Assembly: GCA_905250115.1 (NCBI GenBank)
Contig: CAJNOI010000182.1
Location: 44,962-108,961 of the forward strand
DNA from: Adineta steineri
Taxonomy: Eukaryota
Length of the DNA stretch: 64,000 nt
Reading direction: 5' to 3'
The notes under the pieces were generated by a model that worked only from the letters and a program-made list of their open reading frames with translations, was not told where the DNA came from and searched no databases. Of this stretch, positions 1 through 11,139 are shown piece after piece. A program made the translations under genes and the position numbers. Positions within the stretch are counted from its first letter, which is position 1. Every line of letters starts with the position of its first letter.

Positions 1-1362
1 TCGATACTAATTCGAAATATACAACTGATGCTGTTTTTATCTTACTCGATTTTTATCGTCTAATTCTGCTTGTAATTTACTATATGTATCGACATCTGGT
101 TCAGCAAGTACTTGTACAAATGATAGATCTTCGTCCTAGAATATTATAATTAAATCATATTTTTTTTATGCATATAATATGTAATTGACTAACTGTTTGT
201 ACTGCTTGTGTTTCGTGATCAACTAATAAACGTTTATCTTGTTCTTCAATAATAGTATCTCGTTCAATAAGAGCTTGTCTTAATTTTTCTAATTCAATTT
301 TTTGTTGTTCATTTTCAGCTTTAGTTATATCGAATTTTCTTTGAAGATCATCATTAGATTTTACATCGGATATATCAGTTGATTTTATAAGTAAATCATC
401 TCTTTCTAAAAGAGAAAATAATATAAATATATATACCAATAAATTTTTCTTAACGAACCAGCTTCAACATCGTTTAATTGTGTTCGTAAAGATTTTATAG
501 TTAATTTAAGATTTTCATTGTCGGAACGAAGAGTATCAATTTGTTTTTGCAAATAAGGAGTCTGAAAGAAAAATCATGATTTTTATAATAAAAAAGTAAT
601 TGAATAACTTACTTTAGTCGTATTGCTACTTGTATTTTTCTCTCTTAAAATTCTAAGAAAAATAAATGGATTCTTAGATAATGTATTGAACAGTAATAAG
701 AAACTTACTGTAACTCTGCGAGTTTATTTCTAAGTACAATCATTTCATTTTGTAGATCCTTTGTGTCTTGTGTTAACCTCAATATAGTATCATCTTTTAA
801 TTGTAAAGCTTCTTCTTTTGAATCGATCTATAATAAATAAAGAATATTTCATTTTATTATTCAATTTTCTATTTACCCATGCTTTCAAAAGTTGCACATA
901 ATTATCAACAGTTAATGGTTCTAATAATTAGAAAAAGAAAGAAATTCTATTTTTCAGTAAGAAAAATTCATACCTTCGATAGATGAAACAAATATCTCGG
1001 ACAAAGATGCTATAGATTCTTCTTTTTTCTCAGGCTAAAAGATTCCAAAAAACAATATAAATGAAATACTAAGTAATAAATCTACGAACTTCATTGGAAA
1101 TTGACGATAGTCTGGAATTATTACTTAGTGATTGCAATGTATTCGAATTAGACCGACCTTCAAATATATATTAAAAGATTGTTTATAGAATCAAGAAAAA
1201 TACTTACGATGTTTCCGTGTAGATGAAGAATTTTGTTCTTCTGAATTATTATTATTTTCTCTAGTTACATTTCCATTTATATCATCGACATTATTTTCAG
1301 GCAAAATACTTGGATTACTACTTTCTTCACGAACTTTTTTGATTAAAGTTTTAAACATTATG
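1..1362 (-). CDS. Coiled-coil protein, 5' portion; the gene continues past the window start. Multi-exon: ATG near 1362, last visible exon is ORF 155..439.
   Basis: Minus-strand exons share a heptad-like charged/Leu-rich composition (QQKIELEKLRQALIERD...; MFKTLIKKVREESSNPSILPENN... at about 1200-1362). They are separated by about 50 bp GT..AG introns. No family assignment is possible from the sequence alone. Confidence 0.4.
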
Positions 1363-2011
1363 AACAAATTCTTTTCAATATATATTTATTCATACTGAAC
1401 ATGAAATAGAAAAAAAAACAACAGAATATTAATTGTTTGTTCTATATTGACTAAAAAATAAATAATAAAATACAATGAATTTATGGTTAATAAAAAGAAC
1501 TAATAATTTCTATGGTTTCATTAATTATCCAGTTAAAAAAAATATTCATTCCTTTACTAATTTGCAAAATCAATAGAGGTCACTAAGTTACAATTCTTTT
1601 AAGCAAAATAATCGAAAATTTAGGGTGTGTATAATTAAACAAAAAGTCGTAGATTGGAATGTATCTTGTAGGCTCATTTCAAAACATCGAAAAAAGAAAA
1701 TATTGCTTTATACATATAATTGTTGTTTTACTTATTATTGTTGCTAACACAGGCGTCGATAGCAACAAAAAATAAATGATTTGTACACGTTTTCCTTGCG
1801 AAACTGTTCGACAAGAACGAAAACGGTAATGATTCTCTACCTACTCATTGCACTTATCAACATTTAACGACAATTTTAATATGTTTTTCTTTTTTCATCC
1901 TCTTCTCTTTTTTTTCGTCTATATAAAAAAACTAAAAACTTTAAAAAATTTTTGTTGTGCTGCTCTGCAAGTCGTGCACATTAGTATTTCAAATTTTATA
2001 AAACTGAAAGG

Positions 2012-3545
2012 ATGTATAGGACGGGGCAGCCGAATCCGCCGCCAAAAATGCTTAATAAGCACGGATTACATGTACGATGGCCTCGTCCATGGATATTTAT
2101 AATTGGAATAATTCTAATATTTTTAACATTTATCATTGCCGGTATGGAAGTTGGTAATACAATTGCTGATTTATATCGAGCAACAGCATTCGGAGGTTTT
2201 TTCTCTTTTATTCCTTTAATTATCTGTGCGGTTTTTATTATGATTACTGGTAAGTTTTTCAATATTTAACTATGTAAATTTTTTATAAACAATATTTGTA
2301 CAATAATATTGATTTAGATCATAGTTGAGTGAAATAGATATTGACATCGAGAAAAAAGTATTGTATTTGACTGATATGATAGATATATTGTAGAAATTAT
2401 GATTAATGAAATCTTTTGATTGTATGAAAACTGTTACATAAGTAAATAAACGAAATTGAATAGTATTGTTGTAAAGTGCTGTGAAGGATTTTAAAACAAA
2501 GAACGAAAAAAAAAATAGTTTGTATACAATAATTGACAAGGTTTTTTTTCTTTATTTAGCATGCGTGCCCAATGTATGTTTTATCCGATTTACTATATTT
2601 GTATGTTGTCTAATGATTATATTATGTGCCGCTTTAATTACATATGATGTTTTTGTTTTTGTCGATCCTACTCGATGTTTCATTCTTAGTTGTAATAATG
2701 CGGGAATCTTAACATCAAGTGGAACAACTTTTACTGGTTGGCCAGTTACTATAACATGGCCATCATATTTTACAACAGATATGAATCTGAAACTTATCTT
2801 TATGAGTATTCAATTGTTCTGTTCTGTTTTATATATTTTATTCGTTTTATTATATATATTAACATATATTATTTATCGATACATTAAATTACAACAACAA
2901 CAAGTTCCTTACAATGTTAATCGTAATGTATTTCCATCATATGATACAAATAGAGTATCAGAAAAACCTATGAATAGATCAGTATCAGCAAAACCTATGA
3001 ATAGAGCGGTATCAAGAAATTCAAACTATCCGCCACAATCATATTCACATTCTATGCCTAATAATAAAGTTACAGTATATAAACTCGATGGTCAACCAGA
3101 TACATCTTCACAACGGCATTTTCCACAAGAGACATCAGCACCAAGACCTGTTACCAGAGCAATATCAAGAAGTTCAAATCATGCACCTCAATCTTATTCA
3201 CATGTGAATCCAAATCAAAAGATTACAGTATATTCAATTGAAGGTCAGTTAGGTACAACTCCACGTCGACATAATCCATCTGAAACATATCAATCTGGAA
3301 GAGGAACAACGACGCCAACGAAATCCAAACAAAAAACTTTTATACGACCGCGAGCGAGTTCAGTTGATGATGGTCGATTATGTACACGTTGCAAACGCGA
3401 ACCTCGAATGGTATGTGCAACACATTATGAACGACAAAATTACTTTTCAAATTTATGCCTCGGTTGCAATGATGAATTGTCTCATGAAAATCGAAAAGCA
3501 CCACCATATGTTCCATCAAAATATAATCGTCATTGGGTACCATAA
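2012..3545 (+). CDS. Tetraspan (4-TM) membrane protein with two tandem 45-aa repeats and a Cys-rich C-terminus. Exons about 2012..2251 and 2561..3545.
   Basis: ATG at 2012. A GTAAGT donor at 2251 and a pyrimidine-tract/TAG acceptor at 2560 join in frame (..FIMIT|ACVPNVCF..). Four hydrophobic helices are present. The repeat units are AVSRNSNYPPQSYSHSMPNNKVTVYKLDGQ.. and AISRSSNHAPQSYSHVNPNQKITVYSIEGQ... A terminal CTRC...CATH...CLGC Cys cluster follows. Confidence 0.5.
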
Positions 3546-3986
3546 TTATTTTATACATAGTTTATTCATATACAACTCTATGAGATTTCTTTTATAAATA
3601 TATATTATTTATTTATATGACACTTTTTTTTATTGATTTATTCAATATAAAATGTCGAATAAATGATCTCAAAATCACGTATAATTCTGAGTTTTTTCTT
3701 TGAAGTCATACGAGATAAATACAAGAATAGTTATTTTTCTTTGCAGCTGTCATTAAAAAAAGAACACCCCGGTGACTTCTGAATTATATGAAGGTTATGT
3801 GTAATATTTATGTCAGTTTACAACCATAGAAACAAAACAAATAAAATATTTATTCATCGACTCATGCATTATTATACAACAAACTTGCATTTTAAAAGAA
3901 TAATTCTGTTTATTTAAGAAAGTGATCACACATATTTCTAACAATTAACAGTTTTAGAAAATGTATTAAAGCAAAATGCATGGCGA

Positions 3987-4913
3987 CTAGTTCTGTTTAG
4001 TCTTAGTAATAGAAACAGGAAAAATAGCTGGTACATGTTTTTGATAATTAACATAAGCTTGACCAAATATTTGAACTAATTTTCGTTCTTCAACTGGTAT
4101 TCCAATTAATGCATATAGACATATGTAGATAATAAATACTAAACGATCAAGTGACATAACCGGTGTAATTGCCCAGGCTAATATCGTAAATAAATATAAT
4201 GGATGTCGACAAAGACGAAAAAGACCACTAGTTATCAATGCCGGAGTCCCTGTTGTACGGTCCTCAGATATGCTTACTGATGATGATGAAAATGGACATT
4301 TACTATTCTCCGATTGACCAAAGATCTGTTTTACACCACAAAATTCAAATGGATTAAATTTAATGATCACATACCATGCTGTTAAAAATAAAAAGTCTTG
4401 TTATAATAAAAATACTGAAAATATTACATCACCAGGTATAAAGATAATACTATATAGTATTAATAGAATATGTTGTTGTTGGTAAATATTCATTGTTTTT
4501 GGTAAGAAATTCCAAAGTTGTATATGTGTATGTTGCCAAAATCCTATAATAATAAAAGCCGTCATACTTGTTATCATACAGTAAACTGTTCGAAGTGCTT
4601 GTTTCGGAAATAAGAAACGACTAAGAATATTATGAACAAATTCTTGTGCAAATAATGTATGCATAAAACCAAAAATTGCAACAAGAAAAGCATTGAATAT
4701 TAATTTAGCAATAATTGAATCTGATACTTGATTAATATGTACATATGGTACATCAAAGATAGGATTGAATATAGGTAAATAAGTTGAAGTAAAATCTTTT
4801 ATGTCTAATGGTACTTGCATATCACACGCAGCCCAAGCAAAAAGAAGACATGCAAGTGGAGCTCCAAAGAATAAATTTAATGAAAGCCAAATAATACGAG
4901 TAATCGAATTCAT
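3987..4913 (-). CDS. NRM: Nurim (nuclear rim protein), ICMT-like 6-TM fold. Exons about 4432..4913 and 3987..4377.
   Basis: ATG at 4913 (forward 'cat' at 4911-4913). LFVGQHSLMAAE-like and RHP(L)Y motifs are present (FLVAIFGFMHTLFAQEF...; GLFRLCRHPLYLFTILAWAITP). One 54 bp GT..AG intron joins ..IIFIP|AWYVIIKFNPFEF... Confidence 0.7.
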
Positions 4914-5044
4914 CTAAAAAATATTGATATAGTTTTTCTAATGGTATAATCATTAATTAAAAATTCCATAAGGTTAACATCTTACATCAGTTTCGTATAA
5001 ATCTTTTAGAAGCAAGTATTCAATTTTAAATTGATAAAATTAAA

Positions 5045-5485
5045 TACGGCTTGCCCACAGCAGAGATCGGCGGGACAAGGATTTTTCTATCCCGTCCCGT
5101 CCCACATTGATAAAAAAGTATCCCGTATCATCCTGCTTCTCACGCAAAAACTTCTAAGCGTCCCGTTACTCTAAAATAGGTTGCATCGCGTCCTATCGTC
5201 TCTTATCAAAGATGTTTATCAATTTATTCTATAAATGATAAAGATGTACGCAGTGTTTCACTATTAGTTTTCTTCACCTATTTATTTTCTTTAACTGCTT
5301 ATTTTTAAATAAATGTATTACATAGTTTAAAAAAATCTAATTTGAAAAAAGTTCAATTTATAGAAAAATAACCATTCAATAATATTGAGCGGGGGACAAT
5401 TCTGCATAAAGGTTTGTCTCGTCCCGTTCCGTAGTAAGTCTAAAAATATTTATTCTATCCCGTAGTCCCACCGAGCTCTGGTCTA
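5045..5485. mobile_element. MITE-like non-autonomous element with imperfect terminal inverted repeats and iterated CCCGT(C/A) subterminal motifs.
   Basis: The left end cagagatcggcgggac (about 5060) is the reverse complement, at 14/16 positions, of gtcccaccgagctctgg (about 5470). Internally tatcccgtcccgtccc, cgtcccgttac, cgtcctatcgtc, ctcgtcccgttccgtag and tatcccgtagtccc recur. It is a GC-rich island in an AT-rich spacer between NRM and CCNQ. Confidence 0.35.
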
Positions 5486-5902
5486 CAGAAGGAAGTGATT
5501 CTGTCACGTTTTGTTTGTCTCATTATGCATAAACAGCTTGTTATCTACGATCGGATGCATTTACGATTTTAGACGAAGAGTTGTACTTTTCAAAACGGAG
5601 CACTGCACAGTTGTCTGCGACTTCTCATTCATTACAAACGACCATGATGGTATCACTTCTTTCCGTAGACAAGCCGAATACATATTTGAAAAAATCTTAT
5701 CCTTATTGATTCCAATGCAAATTATTTAACCATATTAACAGCTAATTTTCTTTCGTAAGAATCTACAAGAAAATTCTGAGACTTGCAAAGGCATAAAATT
5801 GAGCAATTTACATATTCAATTTTTTCATCTTTATTCAAACAAAAAAAAGCTTTTTATTTTTTAACAAGACAAAATAAACAAATGAGAAAACAAAAATTTT
5901 GA

Positions 5903-7216
5903 CTAATGAGACTTTATCGATGACGAATGTTCTAATGTTCTTTCAACATATTTATAGACAGTATTAATTCGAGTAATTATTTCAATAAGAATATCATTTG
6001 TCATTGATGAACTAAATACCTAAAACCAGAATAAAAAAATTGTATTGTGCTCTTCTTTATTGTGTTTCTTACTTTCATCCAATTAATATGTTCATCATCA
6101 TTTGTTACACCTGGTATTTCCAAATTATACGTTTTGATTAGAAGATAAATAATAACAATTGCAATATGTTGTGGAGAATAATCTTTAATTAATGTAAAAT
6201 CATAATATGTATCTTGTAAAATAGACATTGCAATATCAATTAAATTAATATTATTTTTAATTGGTGTCGATGGTGTTATCATCATCCATTTCGTTAATGT
6301 ATCCAAATAATGAAGAAGATATTTATTTGGATGATTAAATTGAAAATGAAAACCAAGAATACGAATTAAAAATAATTCACAATCAACCAATGTATTACGT
6401 AAACGATAATATTCATTTGATATACGTAGATATGGTCGATCAGGATAAAGTGTTCTAAAAGAAAACGGGGATGAATATTTTCTAAGCAAAAGTATCTGAA
6501 TCGAGTTATGGCACTCTTTCGCTAGATGTCTACTCAATGGCGTACGCAAGAGGTGGGCCGAATGAGCCCGGTCTCACCCCTAGAATTTTGCTGATGAACT
6601 TGGTCTTACAGTAGTTTCCTTTTTTATAGCTGAGCTTTATAATAGGAGTTGATGAATAAATACTAACAACTTTAGTGAAAAATTAGATCAAAATTATTTT
6701 CCAGCAAGTTCCAGTTTCTATAGAAATGGGCCTACCCCTTAAAAAATTTCTGCGTACGCCACTGTGCCTACTCTCAAGCCCCTGATATTTTCTACTGGAA
6801 ACCCACTGGTAATTCTTTGCTTAAAAATCAATTCCATTTTTTTGTATTATAAAACGTACCGATATGTAACATTGATTAGATCTCGAATTTTAACATGTTC
6901 TTCTTCATATTTACTTGCCAATGATAAAGCTGTTGCTGCTAAAGTCTAGAAAACCATTTTAAACAAGTTGTCCAAAAATAAAAAAAAACTCTTAACTTAC
7001 ATATTGATCAAAATCTGTTTTTTCAAGATAAGAAGAACATTTGTGATAAATAACAGCAGCTGATGCTGTTGTAACAATACTTAAACGAAGTTTAGCAGCT
7101 AAAAAGACACAATAGATAAACAGATATACAAATAAATTCTTACCACATTCAAACATATAACTTATAATCACATAACGTTTTTTTTCATCATCAGTTATTG
7201 TTGATAAGGATGTCAT
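5903..7216 (-). CDS. CCNQ: Cyclin Q (FAM58A-like cyclin); at least 4 exons.
   Basis: FQFNHPNKYLLHYLDTLTKW and RNTLVDCELFLIRILGF match the cyclin-Q fold II (FQHPHKYLLHYLVSLQNW; RDSIVQCELLMLRVLRF). I spliced the terminal exon myself (..INWMK|VFSSSMTNDILIEIITRINTVYKY; compare VFNDDLTKPIIDNIVSDLIQIY); its stop is at 5903-5905. An N-terminal cyclin-box exon is at 6900-7216. Confidence 0.7.
6538..6765. repeat. Short GC-rich inverted-repeat element inside a CCNQ intron.
   Basis: tggcgtacgca (6538) pairs with tgcgtacgcca (6755) in inverted orientation. Internal ggtgggcc/gggcctacc and cccctagaatttt/ccccttaaaaaattt segments are mirrored. It is a GC island in an otherwise AT-rich intron. Confidence 0.3.
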
Positions 7217-7464
7217 TTGTATTTAATCTACAACTCAATAACTCACAAACGAGATTAGTCTGATCATTAAATGAATGTTTCAGCAAAAAAAAATTATTGT
7301 AATGTAAAGAAGAAGAAAAAAATAGCTTAAAATTGAAAATAAAGATAAGAATTTGATTTCATTAGATTTTGACTTTTTTTTCATTGAAATTCTTCAAATA
7401 AAAAATACAAGGATATAGATTGTGTCGTGTTGAAACAATAACAAAATTTCACAAAAACATGAGA

Positions 7465-10400
7465 TTATATAGATGTTCGTTTAATTGATGCAAATCGTCT
7501 ATCACGATTATCATCATCATCGTCTTCTTCAACTTTTGGCATCGACGATGTTGTTGTTGCTTCTTCTTCAATTTCTTGATCAGTATTGTTTGGGTCACCT
7601 GCACTTGGTGGATTTTCTAATGGTTCATCATCCATTGTTGTATCTTCATCTTCTTCATCAGCATTTGTTGTTGATGTTGCTGGTGGAGGAGTGGGAGCCG
7701 CAATTGTTGTTGGTGCTATCGCTGTTGCTGAAGTCATATATTCTCGTCGAATTTTTTCACATGTTGTTACAAGAAATTGTGCCATACTTGGAACAGTTTG
7801 AGTATTATGAACGAAAAAATATGGCGATTGACGAGCTAATAAACGTAATGCACGCCAGACAAGTGATGGATCTTGTTGTAAAAATTTTTCACGTTCTTTA
7901 TCAAGTTCTGTTGCTGTTGATGATTGTTTAGTATCGGTTGAATCATTTGGCGAAGCTTTTGCTGGAATGGCTTGTAGTTGATCAATAATTGGTTCGAAAA
8001 ATTCACGAATTGATGGAATAAATTGTTGACTAGGACTTCGTAATTCTTCAAAATTCATAGCACGACGTTTAGAGGCTTGTTGAATCGATTGTCTAGAATA
8101 AAGTACAAAATATCTTTCATTATTAAATAAAAATATTATATTAATCCTACCGAATACTATCAGATAATCGATAAGGTTCATTAGTTTGTGTTGAACTTTT
8201 TCTTTTAAGATCAATTTTAGTTTTTGAAAAATCAGGACAACCATTATTTTTCCAAAGATTCCACATTTCTTCTCGTTTAAGTATATGCTAAAGATTAATA
8301 TTTATTTAATAAATTAAAATAAGATTTTTTTCTGCAAACTTGAATAGAAACAGTAAATATATCCGCATTTGTTCCAGTTTGTTTTAATAACTAGAAATCG
8401 AAGAAAAGCATAAAAAATAAAATAATTCTATAAAACATTTACTTCATTTATATGATTTGTTGTTTTTTTAATCCATTGAGATTGTTCATCATTAAGTGTT
8501 TGTTGTGGTTGTTTGAATTTAACAGGTAAAATAAGATATTGAAATACAATTAAAAATTGAACGAGTATATTTTGTCGAAATGTTACATCATTCAATTGTA
8601 ATTCCAGTAACTAAAAATACAAAAACAAAAATTTATTTGGTTTCATATTATTTAAAGGATAAATACACTTATCGCACATCATTTAATGACCCAATTAGAT
8701 TAGTCAGTCATTGGAAAGTTGAAAGCGACGGGTGTGGGTGAGTATGGGTGGATGTGGGTGAGTGTGGGTGGGTGGGTGTGAGTAGATATGGGTGTATCTT
8801 AATTATATCGCAACCCATATCCTCAACTCTCCAGTGACTGATTAGTCTAATTAGGCCACTAAATGTATTTGCCTCTGAATACAAATAACTAACTTTTTCA
8901 CTTGTTAAATATTTTGCAAAGAAAGTATCATCTGTTGACGCAACAGTTTTAATCGTATCTAATTGATTGTTTGTAAAACCATCAAGTACTTGATTTGTAT
9001 TCTAAAATGAAACGTTCATTGTATGAAATGATTTTATCGTGAGAAATTTACATGTACAAAAGTATTCCATGATGTTCGTTCCCAAAGTTGAAATGGTTTT
9101 GAAAAAAATTCTTGTAATGTCCAAAAATTTGTATAGAGTTCAGCTGAACTTTTTTGGTGTCTGCAAAAAAGAAATTAAATATTAACAAAAGTAAACAAAA
9201 TGAAAAATTTACAAATCATGAATTTCACCATCTTCATCGACTTCCATTTTTTTTTCTTTCTATAAAATATTTGTTATTATTAAAATATATATATATGAAA
9301 TAGTTTTATGTACGTACTTCAGGTTCTTCGACTGGTGAAATGGCTGATTTAGTTTTCGTAAGTTTAGTAACATTCTCAGTGTTAAAATGACCGATTTGAT
9401 TCAGACCTAAATAGAAACAAGAAAGATTTGTCTTTATAGAAAAGCAAAAGAAAAGATTTTGTACCAGATTTTTCATTAAGTGGAAATAATTGTGCTAAAA
9501 ATGTCAGAATACGTCCAGAAAATACAGTTTTCTGAGTTTTTGATAAACGTTTCAATAGATCTAAATGTATTGTATATAGTTTTGTTTCAAATAAAGATAA
9601 AGATTATTTACCATTACACATTCGTAAAAGCACATTTTTTACTGATGGAAAAAAGGTAGCCTAAAATAAATAAAAGTAATCATAATGAAAACTATTTAAT
9701 GAGATAAGAACATACTGATCGCCAAATAGTAGCTTTTTCTTCCATCACAACAAATATTCGTTCACTTATATCAATAGTTGTATAAGCAAATAGATCATTA
9801 AACATATAAACAGGCATTGTTGCTGCTGCAAGTTCTAAAATGAAACAAAATAATAATTGAAAAAATACTAAATAAATTTTAACTAACCACTATGAACGGC
9901 TTCGATAGCATATCCAATTAAATTTCGAACATTTGTTAGAAATTGATCAGTAACAAATGTTGATGTTTCCATATCATCAAGATTTGTTCCATGAGTTGTT
10001 TCCAATTGTTGTTCCTGGAAAGCAATCTCTTACATTGAACTAAAATAACATGTAATCTTACCATTAAACTGAAGAGAATTGACCGAAATGCATGTTCAAC
10101 CGCTGTGCGAGATTCCGATGAATTATTCCTATGTAAAAAGGATATAGTTAAAAGTGTTCCATAAGAGAAATAAAATATTTGTAGTTTTGACATTAGAGTG
10201 AAATCTCGAAAGATGCGTATGAGCGTGCGGATAAGAGTACCACAGGTAAGGGTGATGTTGGATAGGTTCAGTGGCGGATTTAGGGGTGAACGGTCGCCCC
10301 CTCGCTCAGAATTTGTTTTTGATTTCTTACAGCAAAAATGAACGAAAAATAGGTTCACACTACTTCGATTGGACTCAAAAATAGTTTTTAACCGAAATCG

Positions 10401-10755
10401 CCCCCCCCCCGTTCCAAAACTCTAGATCCGCCACTGGATAGGTTCGCTTCGGTTCCAAACGCCGTGCGCATCTTTCGTATACTCATTAAAATAAGCAGTT
10501 TTTATTGATCGATTAAACTTCCTGTAATGGGAAAAATCTATATGTATGCCTGATTCCAATAGGATCTAGCAGTAATCATCATTCTTAAATCACTTACTTG
10601 TTAATAACATCTCGAATTCTTTGTGTATTCCATTGAGATTTCTTTAAATCATCCTAAATTCAATTGAAAAGATTAATTTTATATATTTTCCTAAATTCTC
10701 TTACTTCAACATTTTGTCTAATAAATTCAAATGTGGATGAATTTTTGTCAATCAT
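7465..10755 (-). CDS. Conserved hypothetical protein, multi-exon (at least 8 exons); family not recognised.
   Basis: ATG at 10755 lies immediately after cttttcag. I spliced the exons myself: MIDKNSSTFEFIRQNVE | DDLKKSQWNTQRIRDVIN | KNNSSESRTAVEHAFRSILFSLM | QEQQLETTHGTNLDDMETSTFVTDQFLTNVRNLIGYAIEAVHS ... down to the large terminal exon, ORF 7465..8244. The Asp/Glu-rich tail ends at 7465. Confidence 0.5.
8690..8848. repeat. 24-bp terminal inverted repeats enclosing a degenerate TGTGGG-like (telomere-like) G/T repeat; hairpin-forming small element in an intron of the 7465-10755 gene.
   Basis: ccaattagattagtcagtcattgg (about 8690) is the reverse complement, at 21/24 positions, of ccagtgactgattagtctaattagg (about 8825). 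The core is gtgtgggtgagtatgggtggatgtgggtgagtgtgggtgggtgggtgtgag. Confidence 0.5.
10195..10480. mobile_element. GC-rich MITE with nested terminal inverted repeats, inside the roughly 460 bp second intron of the 7465-10755 gene.
   Basis: gaaagatgcgtatgagcgtgcgg (10200) pairs with ccgtgcgcatctttcg (10465). ggataggttcagtggcggatttagg (10262) pairs with ctagatccgccactggataggttcg (10425). A central C9 tract is present. ORF-track 9936..10358 runs through it in the wrong frame. Confidence 0.5.
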
Positions 10756-11139
10756 CTGAAAAGAAAACGAAAATCATAAATGATTAAATATTTATATATA
10801 TATTTGTCTTTAATTTTTACATAAAATAATCAAGAAAATGTAATGATTTAAAAAAAAAACAAAAAAAAACGTACACACACACAAATTGACTATAATCATT
10901 CGGAATAAAAGAAAAAATTTCGTTACTCAGGTAGGAATTTGTTTATGTGTCAGTAAAACAAAAAATGCGTATTTTCTTTCTCTATCTGACACATATAAAT
11001 AAAAAGATATTGCGTCGTTTATTAAAGGTAAAAATCACTGTATTAATAAATACTGTCCACGGAAAAGAATTGGAAATAATAAATGGAATGAATGCATGGG
11101 AAATAAAAGATATGACTGACAAATAAATGTGTAATATTG

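Noticed and set aside
6533-6600. GC-rich hairpin-like segment (gaggtgggccgaatgagcccggtctcacccc) considered as a tRNA/snRNA fragment
   Set aside because: There is no cloverleaf, no A/B-box spacing and no acceptor-stem pairing. It is better explained as part of the short inverted-repeat element in the CCNQ intron.
7485-7931. Plus-strand ORFs (148 aa Leu/His-rich; 71 aa Ser/Val/Gly-rich at 7586..7801) antisense to the terminal exon of the 7465-10755 gene
   Set aside because: They are mirror-image frames of an acidic, low-complexity coding exon (GAT/GAA-rich gives Leu/Ser/His-rich antisense). They have no independent signals.
9936-10358. 140-aa minus-strand ORF spanning the MITE
   Set aside because: It reads through the GC-rich TIR element in a frame that does not match the flanking exons. 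The real exons (..SESRTAVEHAFRSILFSLM | QEQQLETT..) splice around it.
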